DNA from: Elusimicrobiota bacterium
Lineage (GTDB): Bacteria > Elusimicrobiota > Elusimicrobia > UBA1565 > UBA9628
Direction of reading: 5' to 3'
DNA length: 64,000 nt
Assembly (NCBI GenBank): GCA_003151975.1
Contig: PLZD01000067.1
Span: 1,143-65,142 of the forward strand
In this document: positions 10,238 to 20,023 of the stretch, in pieces
Numbering within the stretch: the stretch's first letter is position 1
Layout of the letters: each line of letters opens with the position of its first letter
Notes under the pieces: generated by a model
Databases searched by the model: none
Told to the model about the DNA's origin: nothing
Seen by the model: the letters and a program-made list of their open reading frames with translations, nothing else
Program-made: the position numbers and the translations under genes

Positions 10238-10999
10238 ATGTTCTCCACCAAGACCATCGAACTCAAGAGCGCCAAGGAGATCGGCCTCATGCGCGAGGGT
10301 GGAGCGATCGTCGCGGCGACCCTTCGGGTCCTGTCGGAGGCGGCACGTGCCGGCGTTTCGACCGGCGAGCTCGACCGCATCTCGCGCGAGGAGCTCAAAA
10401 AGCGCGGCGCCAAGCCGGCGTTTCTCGGCTACCACGGTTTTCCCGCCGCCTTGTGCGTCTCGATCAACAACGAGGTGGTGCATGGCATCCCTTCGGAAAA
10501 GCGCAAGATCAAAGACGGCGATCTCGTGAGCCTCGATTTCGGCTGCGTCGTCGGCGCGCTTTACGCCGACGCGGCGGTCACCGTCGGCGTCGGCAAGATT
10601 TCGCCCGCGGCCCAAAAGCTCATGGATGTCACCCGCGAGTCGCTAGCCCGCGGCATCGAGCAGATCAAGGACGGCGGGCGCCTCGGCGATATCGGCCACG
10701 CGGTGCAGACTTACGTCGAGAAGAACGGTTTTTCCGTGGTGCGCGATTTCGTGGGGCACGGCATCGGCCGCGCCCTCCACGAGGATCCGCCGGTCGCCAA
10801 CTTCGGCAAGGCCGGCACGGGCATGCGGCTCTCGCCGGGCATCGTACTCGCCATCGAGCCCATGGTCAACGCCGGCGGCTGCGATGTCGAGACGCTCGAG
10901 GACGGCTGGACCGCGGTGACCAAGGACGGCAGCCTCTCCGCGCATTTCGAGCACACGATCGCGCTGACCGAAAAAGGCGCCGAGATTCTGACGATTTAA
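10238..10999 (+). CDS. map: type I methionine aminopeptidase
   Basis: 253 aa; pita-bread fold; metal ligands in DFG, HGIG and EHT contexts. Confidence 0.92.
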   Translation: MFSTKTIELKSAKEIGLMREGGAIVAATLRVLSEAARAGVSTGELDRISREELKKRGAKPAFLGYHGFPAALCVSINNEVVHGIPSEKRKIKDGDLVSLDFGCVVGALYADAAVTVGVGKISPAAQKLMDVTRESLARGIEQIKDGGRLGDIGHAVQTYVEKNGFSVVRDFVGHGIGRALHEDPPVANFGKAGTGMRLSPGIVLAIEPMVNAGGCDVETLEDGWTAVTKDGSLSAHFEHTIALTEKGAEILTI

Positions 11000-11215
11000 A
11001 TGGCCAAAGAAGATAAGATCGAAGTAGAAGGAAGCATCGTCGAGGCGCTGCCCAACGCGATGTTTCGTGTGGAGATCTCGCCCGGCAAGACCGTGCTCGC
11101 GCACATCTCGGGCAAGATGCGGATGCATTACATCAAGATCCTGCCGGGGGACAAGGTGAAGCTCGAACTTTCGCCTTACGACCTCACGCGCGGACGGATC
11201 GTATTCAGGGAGTAG
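11000..11215 (+). CDS. infA: translation initiation factor IF-1
   Basis: 71 aa; [25 protein letters not shown]. Confidence 0.95.
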   Translation: MAKEDKIEVEGSIVEALPNAMFRVEISPGKTVLAHISGKMRMHYIKILPGDKVKLELSPYDLTRGRIVFRE

Positions 11216-11217
11216 CG

Positions 11218-11331
11218 ATGAAAGTCAGAGCCAGCGTCAAGCCGATTTGCCAGAAGTGCAAGGTCATCAAACGCAGCGGGGTCGTGCGCGTTCTTTGCTC
11301 GAACCCCAAGCATAAGCAGAGACAAGGTTAA
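11218..11331 (+). CDS. rpmJ: 50S ribosomal protein L36 (zinc-binding), 37 aa
   Basis: Not in the ORF track because it is under 60 aa; translated by hand as [37 protein letters not shown]. Confidence 0.88.
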   Translation: MKVRASVKPICQKCKVIKRSGVVRVLCSNPKHKQRQG

Positions 11332-11341
11332 GGAGAGTCAC

Positions 11342-11740
11342 ATGGCACGCGTAGCGGGTATTGATTTGCCGAAGAACAAGAGGATCGACGTCGCGTTGCA
11401 GTATCTCTATGGAATCGGAAAGGCCGTCTCCACCGAGCTCCTTGAGAAGCTCAACGGCTCCATCAAGCCGGACACTCGGGTCAAAGACCTCACCGAGAGC
11501 CAGGTCAGCCTCATCAACAATCTGATCACCAAGGAGTACAGGGTGGAAGGCGAGCTGCGCCGCGAGATCGCCGGGAACATACAGCGTCTCGCGGAGATCG
11601 GCGCGTACCGCGGCGCCCGCCACCGCCGCAACCTGCCCGTCCGCGGGCAGCGCACCAAGACCAACGCGCGCACGCGCCGCGGCCGCCGCAAAACGGTCGG
11701 CGCGGGCAAGGCCGAGAAGTCGCCCACGGGCAAGGCGTAA
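11342..11740 (+). CDS. rpsM: 30S ribosomal protein S13
   Basis: 132 aa; [26 protein letters not shown]. Confidence 0.95.
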   Translation: MARVAGIDLPKNKRIDVALQYLYGIGKAVSTELLEKLNGSIKPDTRVKDLTESQVSLINNLITKEYRVEGELRREIAGNIQRLAEIGAYRGARHRRNLPVRGQRTKTNARTRRGRRKTVGAGKAEKSPTGKA

Positions 11741-11761
11741 TCAAAGAGGTAATGAGGTAAC

Positions 11762-12181
11762 ATGGCAGACGAAAAAGCAGCGGCTCCGGCCGCCAAGCCG
11801 CAGAGCGCTGCGGCAAAGAAAAGGAACTGGAAATCCCTGACCTTCGCGAAGGTCTACATCCAGTGCTCGTTCAACAACACGATCGTGTCCTTGGCCGACG
11901 ACAAAGGCGACGTGCTCGCCTGGGCGTCCGCCGGAGGCTCGGGCTTTCGCGGCACGAAGAAGGGCACGCCGTTTGCCGCCGGCGTCACGGCCGGCAAGGT
12001 CGCCAAGCGCGCCATCGAGCTCGGCGTCAAGCAAATCGCCGTTTTCATCAAGGGCCCCGGCCCGGGCCGCGAGACGGCCGTGCGGTCGCTGGGAAATTCC
12101 GGCCTCATCGTCGTCGCCTTGAAGGACGTCACGCCGCTTCCGCACAACGGCTGCCGCCCGCCCAAGGCCAGGAGAGTATAA
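11762..12181 (+). CDS. rpsK: 30S ribosomal protein S11
   Basis: 139 aa; FNNTIVSLADDKGDVLAWASAG... Confidence 0.94.
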   Translation: MADEKAAAPAAKPQSAAAKKRNWKSLTFAKVYIQCSFNNTIVSLADDKGDVLAWASAGGSGFRGTKKGTPFAAGVTAGKVAKRAIELGVKQIAVFIKGPGPGRETAVRSLGNSGLIVVALKDVTPLPHNGCRPPKARRV

Positions 12182-12184
12182 GTC

Positions 12185-12811
12185 ATGTCCCGCTACATCG
12201 AATCCGTCTGCAAACTCTGCCGCCGCGAGCAGACCAAGCTTTTCCTTAAGGGCGACAAGTGCTACACGAAGTGCGTCCTCGAGAAGCGCCCGACCACGCC
12301 CGGAATGGCCAAGCCCCAGCGGGGCAAGCCCTCGGCCTACGCCATCCGCCTGCGCGAGAAGCAGAAGCTGCGCCGCTTCATCTCCATGAACGAGCGCCCC
12401 TTCGAACGCTTGGTGGCCAATGCCTCGCGCGCCAAGGAGGCCTCGGGCGACCATCTTCTGCGCTCGCTCGAGCTTCGGCTCGACAACATCGTGCGCCGCG
12501 CGGGTGTGGCGACGAGCTTGAAGACAGCGCGCCAGCTCGTTCTGCACAACCACATCAAGGTCGGCGGGAAAACCGTCAACATCCCGTCGTTCGCGGTGAA
12601 GCCCGGCGACGTCGTCACGTTGTCGCCCAAGCTCAAGGAGAACGTCGGCGTGAAGCTCTCCTTGGAGACCTCCAAGCGGCTCAATAACCGGCCGAGCTTC
12701 CTCGAGTTCAACGAGGCGGACTTCTCGGCGAAAGTCACGCGCCTTCCGGAAAGGGCCGAAGTGTCCTTCCCCGTGAACGACCAGCTGATCATCGAGTACT
12801 ACTCGAAGTAA
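12185..12811 (+). CDS. rpsD: 30S ribosomal protein S4
   Basis: 208 aa; CKLCRREQTKLFLKGDKC; S4 RNA-binding domain. Confidence 0.94.
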   Translation: MSRYIESVCKLCRREQTKLFLKGDKCYTKCVLEKRPTTPGMAKPQRGKPSAYAIRLREKQKLRRFISMNERPFERLVANASRAKEASGDHLLRSLELRLDNIVRRAGVATSLKTARQLVLHNHIKVGGKTVNIPSFAVKPGDVVTLSPKLKENVGVKLSLETSKRLNNRPSFLEFNEADFSAKVTRLPERAEVSFPVNDQLIIEYYSK

Positions 12812-12842
12812 GTAACGACCCGGACATTAGAGAGGAAAACAC

Positions 12843-13850
12843 ATGGCTTACAAAGAACTGATCCTGCCGCAGAAGCTGAGCGTCGACGAGAAGACGATGT
12901 CGGACACCTACGCCAAGTTCGTCGCCGAGCCGTACGAGCGCGGCTACGGACACACCGTCGGCAACGCCCTGCGCCGCGTGCTCCTGTCCTCGCTCGAGGG
13001 CGCCGCCGTCACGGCCGTGCGCATCGACAAGGCCTCGCACGAGTACATGACGATCACGGGGGTCAAGGAGGACGTCATGAACATCCTCCTGAACCTCAAG
13101 AAGCTGCGCGTCAAGCTCTTCTCCAACGGCCCCGAGACCGTCTACCTCCAGGCCAGCAAGGAAGGCGAGGTTAAGGCTTCCCAGATCCAGGGCAACTCCA
13201 ACGTCGAGGTCGTCAACGGCGACATGGTGATCGCCAATCTCGAGTCGGGCGGCAAGCTCGACATGGAGATCGAAATCTCCAAGGGCCGCGGCTACGTCCC
13301 GGCCGAGGAACTGCGCGCGCAGGCTCATTGGCCCGCGGGTTTCTTGCCCGTCGACGCCCTGTTCTCGCCCGTCGTCAAGGTTCACTACGACGTCGAGAAC
13401 GCGCGCGTCGGTCAGGTGACCGACTACGACCGTCTGATCCTCGAGATCTGGACCGACGGCTCGCTCAACCCGGCCGAGGCGCTCATCCAGTCCTCGAAGC
13501 TGCTGCGCGAGTCCCTGAACATCTTCATCCCCGAGGAAGAGCAGGCCGCGGCGGCGGAAGCGGGCTTTGCCGAGGGCGAGGCCGGAGCCGGAATCGCGTC
13601 GGGTCCCGTCGACGCCAAGCTCAAGGAGATCCTCAATCAGCCCATCGAGATGATCGAGCTGTCCTCCCGCGCTTCCAACTGCCTCAAGGTCGCCCGCATC
13701 AAGACGATCGGCGAGCTCGTGAGCAAGCGCGACGAGGAGCTTTTGGCCGTCAAGAACTTCGGCAAGAAGTCTCTCGACGAGATCAAGGATCGATTGAAGG
13801 ACATGGGATTGAGCCTTGGCATGCAGATCGGCCAGGCGGCCGGCGCTTAA
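12843..13850 (+). CDS. rpoA: DNA-directed RNA polymerase subunit alpha
   Basis: 335 aa; NTD GYGHTVGNALRRVLLSS; CTD KTIGELVSKRDEELLAVKNFGKKSLDEIKDRL. Confidence 0.95.
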   Translation: MAYKELILPQKLSVDEKTMSDTYAKFVAEPYERGYGHTVGNALRRVLLSSLEGAAVTAVRIDKASHEYMTITGVKEDVMNILLNLKKLRVKLFSNGPETVYLQASKEGEVKASQIQGNSNVEVVNGDMVIANLESGGKLDMEIEISKGRGYVPAEELRAQAHWPAGFLPVDALFSPVVKVHYDVENARVGQVTDYDRLILEIWTDGSLNPAEALIQSSKLLRESLNIFIPEEEQAAAAEAGFAEGEAGAGIASGPVDAKLKEILNQPIEMIELSSRASNCLKVARIKTIGELVSKRDEELLAVKNFGKKSLDEIKDRLKDMGLSLGMQIGQAAGA

Positions 13851-13889
13851 CCCGCAAAAAGTTTGTAAGGAACACAACGGAGCAGAGAT

Positions 13890-14234
13890 ATGGTAAAACA
13901 GATGGGCGGACGCAAGCTGGGAGTGACCAGCTCCCACCGCAGGTCGCTTCTGCGGAACATGGCGACGAGCCTCTTCCTTCACGAGAAGATCGAGACGACG
14001 ATCGCCAAGGCCAAGGAGCTGCGCCCTTACGCCGAGAGACTGATCACCGAGGCGAAAAAGGGAAAGCACTTCATGGTCCGTCGCCAGATTCAAGACAAGA
14101 CCGTGTACAAGAAACTCTTCGAGATCCTCGCTCCTCGCTACGCGCAGCGTCCCGGCGGCTACACGCGCATACTGCGCTTGGCGCCTCGTCAGGGCGATAA
14201 CGCGACGAGAGGCTTGATCTCGCTGGTCTCATAA
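13890..14234 (+). CDS. rplQ: 50S ribosomal protein L17
   Basis: 114 aa; [14 protein letters not shown]... Confidence 0.94.
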   Translation: MVKQMGGRKLGVTSSHRRSLLRNMATSLFLHEKIETTIAKAKELRPYAERLITEAKKGKHFMVRRQIQDKTVYKKLFEILAPRYAQRPGGYTRILRLAPRQGDNATRGLISLVS

Positions 14235-14238
14235 AATA

Positions 14239-15291
14239 ATGTTCGACTTCCTCTTCAGCCTCTTCTCGAACGACATGGGCATCGATCTCGGCACGGCCAA
14301 TACCCTCGTCTACGTGAAGAACCAAGGGATCGTCCTGCGCGAACCCTCGGTGGTGGCCATCGACCGCGAGACCCGTCGGGTGCTCGCGATCGGAGCCGAA
14401 GCCAAGAGGATGCTGGGACGCACGCCTTCTTCGATCGTCGCCGTGCGGCCTCTGAAGAACGGGGTCATCGCCGACTTCGAAGTGACGCAGGAAATGATCA
14501 AGTACTTCATCCGCAAGGTCCACAACCGCCGCTCGCTGCTGCATCCGAGGATCGTCATCGGCATCCCCTCGGGGATCACCGAAGTCGAGCGGCGCGCGGT
14601 CCAAGAGTCGGCTGAGCAAGCCGGCGCGCGCGAGGTCTACCTCATCGAAGAGCCAATGGCAGCCGCCATCGGCGCGGATCTTCCGATCTCCGAGCCTCAC
14701 GGCAATTTCATCGTGGACATCGGAGGCGGCACGACGGAAGCCGCCGTCATCTCTTTGGGAGGCCTCGTGGTCTCCAAATCCATCGACATCGCAGGCGACG
14801 AGATGGACGAAGCCGTCATGATGCACTTTCGCAGAAAGTACAACCTTCTCATCGGCGAGACGACTTCTGAAGACGTCAAGATTCAGATCGGCTCGGTCTT
14901 CCCGCTCAAGGAAGAGAAGACGATGGAGGTCAAGGGCCGGGATCAGGCCACCGGCTTGCCGAAGACCGTGCTGATCACTTCCGAGGAGGTGCGCCAGGCT
15001 CTCATGGAGCCCGTGCAGCTCATTCTGGATGTGATCAAGAACACGCTGGAGGAGACTCCGGCGGAATTGGCTGCAGATTTGGTGGACCGCGGCATCATGC
15101 TCGCGGGAGGCGGTTCGCTGCTGAGGGGTCTACCCGACCTCATCCGGCAAGAGACCGAGCTCCCGGTGCATCGCGCCGCGGACCCCTTGAGCTGTGTCGC
15201 GATGGGGACGGGGAAGTTTCTCGAGGAGCTCGATCACATCATGGATCGGCGCCCGGACTTCGTCACATCGTACAGGTATCGCGGTTCTTAA
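14239..15291 (+). CDS. mreB: rod-shape determining actin homologue MreB
   Basis: 350 aa; [22 protein letters not shown]; starts 5 nt after rplQ. Confidence 0.94.
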   Translation: MFDFLFSLFSNDMGIDLGTANTLVYVKNQGIVLREPSVVAIDRETRRVLAIGAEAKRMLGRTPSSIVAVRPLKNGVIADFEVTQEMIKYFIRKVHNRRSLLHPRIVIGIPSGITEVERRAVQESAEQAGAREVYLIEEPMAAAIGADLPISEPHGNFIVDIGGGTTEAAVISLGGLVVSKSIDIAGDEMDEAVMMHFRRKYNLLIGETTSEDVKIQIGSVFPLKEEKTMEVKGRDQATGLPKTVLITSEEVRQALMEPVQLILDVIKNTLEETPAELAADLVDRGIMLAGGGSLLRGLPDLIRQETELPVHRAADPLSCVAMGTGKFLEELDHIMDRRPDFVTSYRYRGS

Positions 15292-15306
15292 AGAGCCGCC
15301 TTTTTT
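15281..15306 (+). terminator. possible partial terminator or attenuator hairpin overlapping the mreB stop (GCGGTTC-ttaaa-GAGCCGC followed by T6)
   Basis: 6/7 bp stem followed by TTTTTT at 15301-15306; sits between mreB and mreC. Confidence 0.3.
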
Positions 15307-15368
15307 CGACACCGCTGACTAGCTGCCGCCACCCCGCCGGCATTGGGCTTTAAAGCCCGGAACTGATC

Positions 15369-16286
15369 GTGCACCGCGAAGCGCGCATAGCGAACTACGC
15401 ACTGGCAGTCCTTTCGGTCATCGCATTGACCATGCTGTCTTTGCCACTCTCATCTCCCGTGCAGGCCTTCAAGGCCTGCGCGGCCTACGTGCTCAATCCC
15501 GCCGCCTACGTCGGCGCCAAAGCGACCGAGCGTTTGGCGAACGTCCCCGCCAACATCAAGGACCTCATTGCCGCCAACTCCGAAAACCGCCTGATGCGCG
15601 ACAAGATGAAGCAGGTCGAATGGACCGAGACCGAGTCCCAGGCCCTGCGCGCCGAAAACCAGCGCCTGCGCGGAGCACTCGGCCTCAAAGGCTTGCCGGA
15701 ACGCTCGCCCGTTTGGGCTCGCGTGATCGTGCGCGAACCGGAGCATTGGTATCGCAGCGTCACGGTCGACGCGGGCGGCAATCAGGGCCTGGCGGTCAAC
15801 TCCCCGGTGCTGGGCTCGCAGGGGGGCCGGTTGATCGTCATCGGGCGCGTCGTCTCGGTGCGCCCCGACACCTCGATCGTTCTTTTGCTGACCGATGAGC
15901 AGTCCTCGGTGGCGGCCTACGCGACGAGCCCGAGCACCGAGACCGTGCGCAGCTTCGACGGCCTGCTGCAAGGACAGGGCGGGCCCCGTCTGCGTTTGGA
16001 CTACCTCGTGCCCGACGCGACAGTGGAGAAAGGCGACCTCGTCTATACTTCTCCGACGTCGGCCACTTTCCCTCCCGATGTTCTTATCGGAACCGTGGTG
16101 CAGATTTTCCCGCCCAACCAGGAACTTGAGTGGAGGTCGATGGCCGTGGAACCCGCCGTCGACGCCTCGCGCCTGACCGAAGTGCTCATCCTCAAGACCC
16201 AGAGCGCCGCCGCTGAAGCGCCGAAACTGTCTTCGGCCGACGCGAACGATACTTCGGCCGATACGACGCAGGAGACCTCGGAATGA
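15369..16286 (+). CDS. mreC: cell shape-determining protein MreC
   Basis: 305 aa; GTG start; N-terminal TM, coiled coil, beta-barrel domains; Ser/Thr-rich C-terminal tail. Confidence 0.85.
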   Translation: MHREARIANYALAVLSVIALTMLSLPLSSPVQAFKACAAYVLNPAAYVGAKATERLANVPANIKDLIAANSENRLMRDKMKQVEWTETESQALRAENQRLRGALGLKGLPERSPVWARVIVREPEHWYRSVTVDAGGNQGLAVNSPVLGSQGGRLIVIGRVVSVRPDTSIVLLLTDEQSSVAAYATSPSTETVRSFDGLLQGQGGPRLRLDYLVPDATVEKGDLVYTSPTSATFPPDVLIGTVVQIFPPNQELEWRSMAVEPAVDASRLTEVLILKTQSAAAEAPKLSSADANDTSADTTQETSE

Positions 16287-16759
16287 ACCCGGTGAGGCTC
16301 CTCGTCATTTTCTTCGCGGCGATGGTCGCTCAATGGTGGTGGATGACGCATTTCTCTATTTTCGGCCTGGCGCCCCAGCTTCTCTTGGTGCTGACGGTCG
16401 CCTTGGCGGCGCGCTACGGCGCCTTGTGGGGGATGAGCGCCGGTTTCCTGTGGGGCCTGTTCCTCGACCTCATGAGCCCCCGCCTTTTCGGGGCCAACGC
16501 CTTGGCCTTCACTTGGATCGCTTGGGGCACCGGCTCGGTGCGCCGCCAGATCGACGTCGCCGGCCTGGGGCCGCAGGCCGTGGTCGTCGTCGCGATGACC
16601 TGGGCCTACTTCCTTCTGCTCGGCGTGCTGGGTCTGATCTTTTCGAAGAGCTTTTTTTGGGTGGGCTTGCCGGCGTTCTGCCTCGATCCGTTCTACAATG
16701 CCGTGGTGACGACGGTCTTATTCGCGCTCTGGACGCCGCGCTGGGAGCATCGAAGGTGA
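16283..16759 (+). CDS. mreD: rod shape-determining protein MreD
   Basis: 158 aa polytopic membrane protein, ATGA-coupled to mreC. Confidence 0.8.
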   Translation: MNPVRLLVIFFAAMVAQWWWMTHFSIFGLAPQLLLVLTVALAARYGALWGMSAGFLWGLFLDLMSPRLFGANALAFTWIAWGTGSVRRQIDVAGLGPQAVVVVAMTWAYFLLLGVLGLIFSKSFFWVGLPAFCLDPFYNAVVTTVLFALWTPRWEHRR

Positions 16760-16802
16760 CCGAAGGAAATGGTTTGACTCCGAAGGATATGGGTAGAAAA
16801 CC

Positions 16803-18668
16803 ATGATCCAAGGCCACCAGCCGCTGCACGACCGGCTCTCCATCATGTGGAACTTGGTGCTTTGGTCGGGCGTGGCTTTGCTGATCCGCCTTTTTCAACT
16901 CCAGCTCTATCAGAACGTCGAGTACAACGAGCTCGCCCTGCACAACAGCACGCAGATGATCTATCAAACTGCCCCGCGGGGCCGCATATACGACCGCAAC
17001 GGCCTGGCCCTGGCCACGAGTCAACCCGCCTTCTCTTTGATTTACCTGCCGCCGAAGGTCAAGGAGAAGGCCGACCTCAAGCCTTTGGCCGCCGCGCTCT
17101 CCAAGCAGCTCGGGCAGGACCCCGAGGCCCTGCTCGAGACCCTGCAAGAGGCCGTGCGCGAGCAGACGGCCCTGCGGCTTGCGGAAAACCTCCCGCGCCA
17201 GACCTATTTCCGCCTCAAGGAGATCGAGACGATCTACCCGGGCATCGATCTCATCGAGGAAGCGCGCCGGTATTATCCGCTGGGGCGCTTCGCCTCTCAT
17301 CTGATCGGCTATATGGGGAAGATCGATATTCAAAGCTATAAGCAGCTGAAGAACCAAGGCTACCGCGTCGATGCCCGGATCGGCAAGCTCGGCATCGAGA
17401 AGATTTTCGAGAAGGTTCTCCGTGGTCGCGACGGCGGCATCCGCATGGTCGTCGACGCTCAGGGGCGCCTCAAGCGGCGCTTAGGATCCTTCAAGTGGGA
17501 GACCGGCAGCAACATCCACCTGACGATCGATGCCGCCATGCAGTCCGCCGCCGACGAGGGCCTGCGCAAGTCGCTGACCGGGCGCGGGGCCGTCGTGGCT
17601 ATCGATCCGCGCAATGGCGCCATACTCGCGCTCTCCTCGACGCCGGATTTTGAGCCCAATCAGCTGCTTTCCTCCGATCCGGAAGTCGTCAAGTCCGCCA
17701 AGGCCGGCCTCGACTGGAACAACCGCGCCATCTCCGGCGTTTACCCGCCGGGCTCGGCCTTCAAGCTGATCGTCTCGGCGGCGGGCCTCAACGAGGGTCG
17801 CCTGAACACGCAGGACACGATCTTCTGCCCGGGCTATTTCGAATTGGGAAAAAATATTTTCCTGTGTTGGAACCACAAGGGCCACAAGCGCGTCGATTGG
17901 TGGCAGGGGCTCGCGCAGTCCTGCGACGTCTTCTTCTACCATCTTGGTCTCAAGGTCGGCGGGGATTTGATCGAGCGATACGAGACCGCCTTCGGCTTGG
18001 GACGCAAGACGAGCATACCGGGATTTGAACACTGGGAGAAGTCGGGGCATCTTTTCGGTCCGCAGACGCGCAAGACGGCCGGCCGCGGCTGGTGGGAGGG
18101 CGACAGCGTCAACCTCGCCATCGGCCAGGGCGAGCTGCTCGTGACTCCGATCCAGTTGGCCGTCATGATGTCGGCGATCGCCAACAAGGGCACGCTCTAT
18201 CGTCCCAATTACATCGATCGCATCGAATACGCCGACGGGCGCCCCGCGTACGAGCAAAAGCCGGAAAAGCTGGGCACTGTCGCTTTGAAGGATTCGACTT
18301 GGGCGACGCTGCAAGCGGGCATGGCGCTGGTCGTCTCGTCGGGGACAGGCATCTCGGCGAGGATCTCCGGCCTCGACGTGCGCGGCAAGACCGGCACGGC
18401 GCAGAATTCCGGCGGCGATGACCATGCGTGGTTCGTCGCCTACGGCGCGCGCCCGGGTGAGCCGTCGGCGGTCGCCGTCGCCGTGCTCGTCGAAAACGGC
18501 GGCCACGGGGCCTCGGTGGCCGCGCCCATCGCGCGCAACATCATCCTCGCGGCCTACCACCTCGAGGATAAAGGCGGAAGGATTATCCCCTCGACCGGAA
18601 CTCTATCCATACCCATTCCCGCCACGCCGATGCGCGCGGGCCCCGGGCCGGCGGTGAGGACCCTCTAA
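16803..18668 (+). CDS. mrdA: penicillin-binding protein 2 (elongasome transpeptidase)
   Basis: 621 aa; N-terminal TM; SAFK (SxxK), SCDVFF, KTGTAQ motifs. Confidence 0.92.
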   Translation: MIQGHQPLHDRLSIMWNLVLWSGVALLIRLFQLQLYQNVEYNELALHNSTQMIYQTAPRGRIYDRNGLALATSQPAFSLIYLPPKVKEKADLKPLAAALSKQLGQDPEALLETLQEAVREQTALRLAENLPRQTYFRLKEIETIYPGIDLIEEARRYYPLGRFASHLIGYMGKIDIQSYKQLKNQGYRVDARIGKLGIEKIFEKVLRGRDGGIRMVVDAQGRLKRRLGSFKWETGSNIHLTIDAAMQSAADEGLRKSLTGRGAVVAIDPRNGAILALSSTPDFEPNQLLSSDPEVVKSAKAGLDWNNRAISGVYPPGSAFKLIVSAAGLNEGRLNTQDTIFCPGYFELGKNIFLCWNHKGHKRVDWWQGLAQSCDVFFYHLGLKVGGDLIERYETAFGLGRKTSIPGFEHWEKSGHLFGPQTRKTAGRGWWEGDSVNLAIGQGELLVTPIQLAVMMSAIANKGTLYRPNYIDRIEYADGRPAYEQKPEKLGTVALKDSTWATLQAGMALVVSSGTGISARISGLDVRGKTGTAQNSGGDDHAWFVAYGARPGEPSAVAVAVLVENGGHGASVAAPIARNIILAAYHLEDKGGRIIPSTGTLSIPIPATPMRAGPGPAVRTL

Positions 18669-20008
18669 TGCCGATCAAGGTCGAGTCGGGAGTCAAAGGC
18701 CGGTTGGATCCGCCCTTTCTATTCGCGGCCGGCGGCCTGCTCGTCATGGGCAGCATCGCCATGCTTTCGGCGGCCAATCCCCTGCCCTACTACGCCCAGA
18801 TCGTGACGCGGCATTCCTTCGCCGTCATTGCGGGCATCGCGGCGCTCGTGCTGGGCTTGAGCTTCAACTACCAAGTCTTCCAGGACCAGGCCAAGGTCGT
18901 CTACGGGCTCATCTTCGCGCTGCTTTCGGCCGTGCTGGTGGCGGGCTCGACGCATAAGGGCCACCGCTCGTGGTTCGACCTGCCCTTCTTCAGCTTTCAG
19001 CCCGCCGAGCTTGCGCGCATCGCGCTCATCCTCGTCACGGCCGCGTTTCTCGACGCGCGCGCGCGCCGCATCCGCGAATTCTCGACGGTCCTGCTGGCCT
19101 TTGGTCTCGCGGCCCCGTGGATGATCCTCATCGTCAAGCAGCCCGATTTCTCCACGATGCTGACCTTCATCCCGATCCTGATCGGCATGCTGTTCTGCGC
19201 GGGCGCCGACATCATCCATTTGCTGGCGCTGATGGGCTATGGGCTTGTGACCGGCATGATGCCGCTCTTATTCACCTACTGTCAGGTCAATTATCCTCAG
19301 CCGACGCCGGGGACTTTGCCTTACCTCATCCTGCAGACCTCCCGCATGGGGACGGCCACGGTCGTCGTCCTTGTCGGCGCGTCCTTGCTCTGCTTGGGTG
19401 CTTGGCGGCTCTCCATCTGGCTGCGCATGCAGGCGCGCTCGGTGTTCTTCATCGCCGTACCAATCATTTTGGCGGCCGGAATGTTGTCTGGCATCGTGAT
19501 CAACAGCCGGCTTAAGAGCTATCAGCGCAACCGCTTCGTGGCTTATGTCGCGCCGCAGGCTGACATCCAGGGCGCGGCCTATCACGTGCATCAAAGCCAG
19601 ATCGCCATTGGCTCGGGCGGACTTCTGGGCAAGGGACTTTTCTCGGGCACGCAGAGCCAGTTGGGCTTTCTGCCCGAGCGTCACACGGACTTCATTTACG
19701 CCGTCGTCGGAGAGGAGATGGGATTTGCGGGGACGACCGTCATCCTCGGGCTGTACCTGCTGCTGATCTGGAGGATCGTGACCATCGCGCGCACCGCGCG
19801 GGACCGCTACGGCTATCTCGTCTGCTGCGGGCTGGCGGTCATGTTCGGCTTCGAATTCGTGCTCAATGTCGGGATGTGCGTCGGCCTGCTGCCCGTGGCC
19901 GGCATTCCGCTGCCGTTGATTTCATACGGAGGATCGAGCCTCGTGATCACCCTGTGGTCGCTTGGCATCGTGGCGAACATCTACTCGCGTCGCTACGCAC
20001 TTTTATAG
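18668..20008 (+). CDS. mrdB: SEDS peptidoglycan glycosyltransferase RodA
   Basis: 446 aa; TAATG overlap with mrdA; 10 TM segments; GSGGLLGKG...PERHTDFI. Confidence 0.9.
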   Translation: MPIKVESGVKGRLDPPFLFAAGGLLVMGSIAMLSAANPLPYYAQIVTRHSFAVIAGIAALVLGLSFNYQVFQDQAKVVYGLIFALLSAVLVAGSTHKGHRSWFDLPFFSFQPAELARIALILVTAAFLDARARRIREFSTVLLAFGLAAPWMILIVKQPDFSTMLTFIPILIGMLFCAGADIIHLLALMGYGLVTGMMPLLFTYCQVNYPQPTPGTLPYLILQTSRMGTATVVVLVGASLLCLGAWRLSIWLRMQARSVFFIAVPIILAAGMLSGIVINSRLKSYQRNRFVAYVAPQADIQGAAYHVHQSQIAIGSGGLLGKGLFSGTQSQLGFLPERHTDFIYAVVGEEMGFAGTTVILGLYLLLIWRIVTIARTARDRYGYLVCCGLAVMFGFEFVLNVGMCVGLLPVAGIPLPLISYGGSSLVITLWSLGIVANIYSRRYALL

Positions 20009-20023
20009 TCACTGGAGAACATC

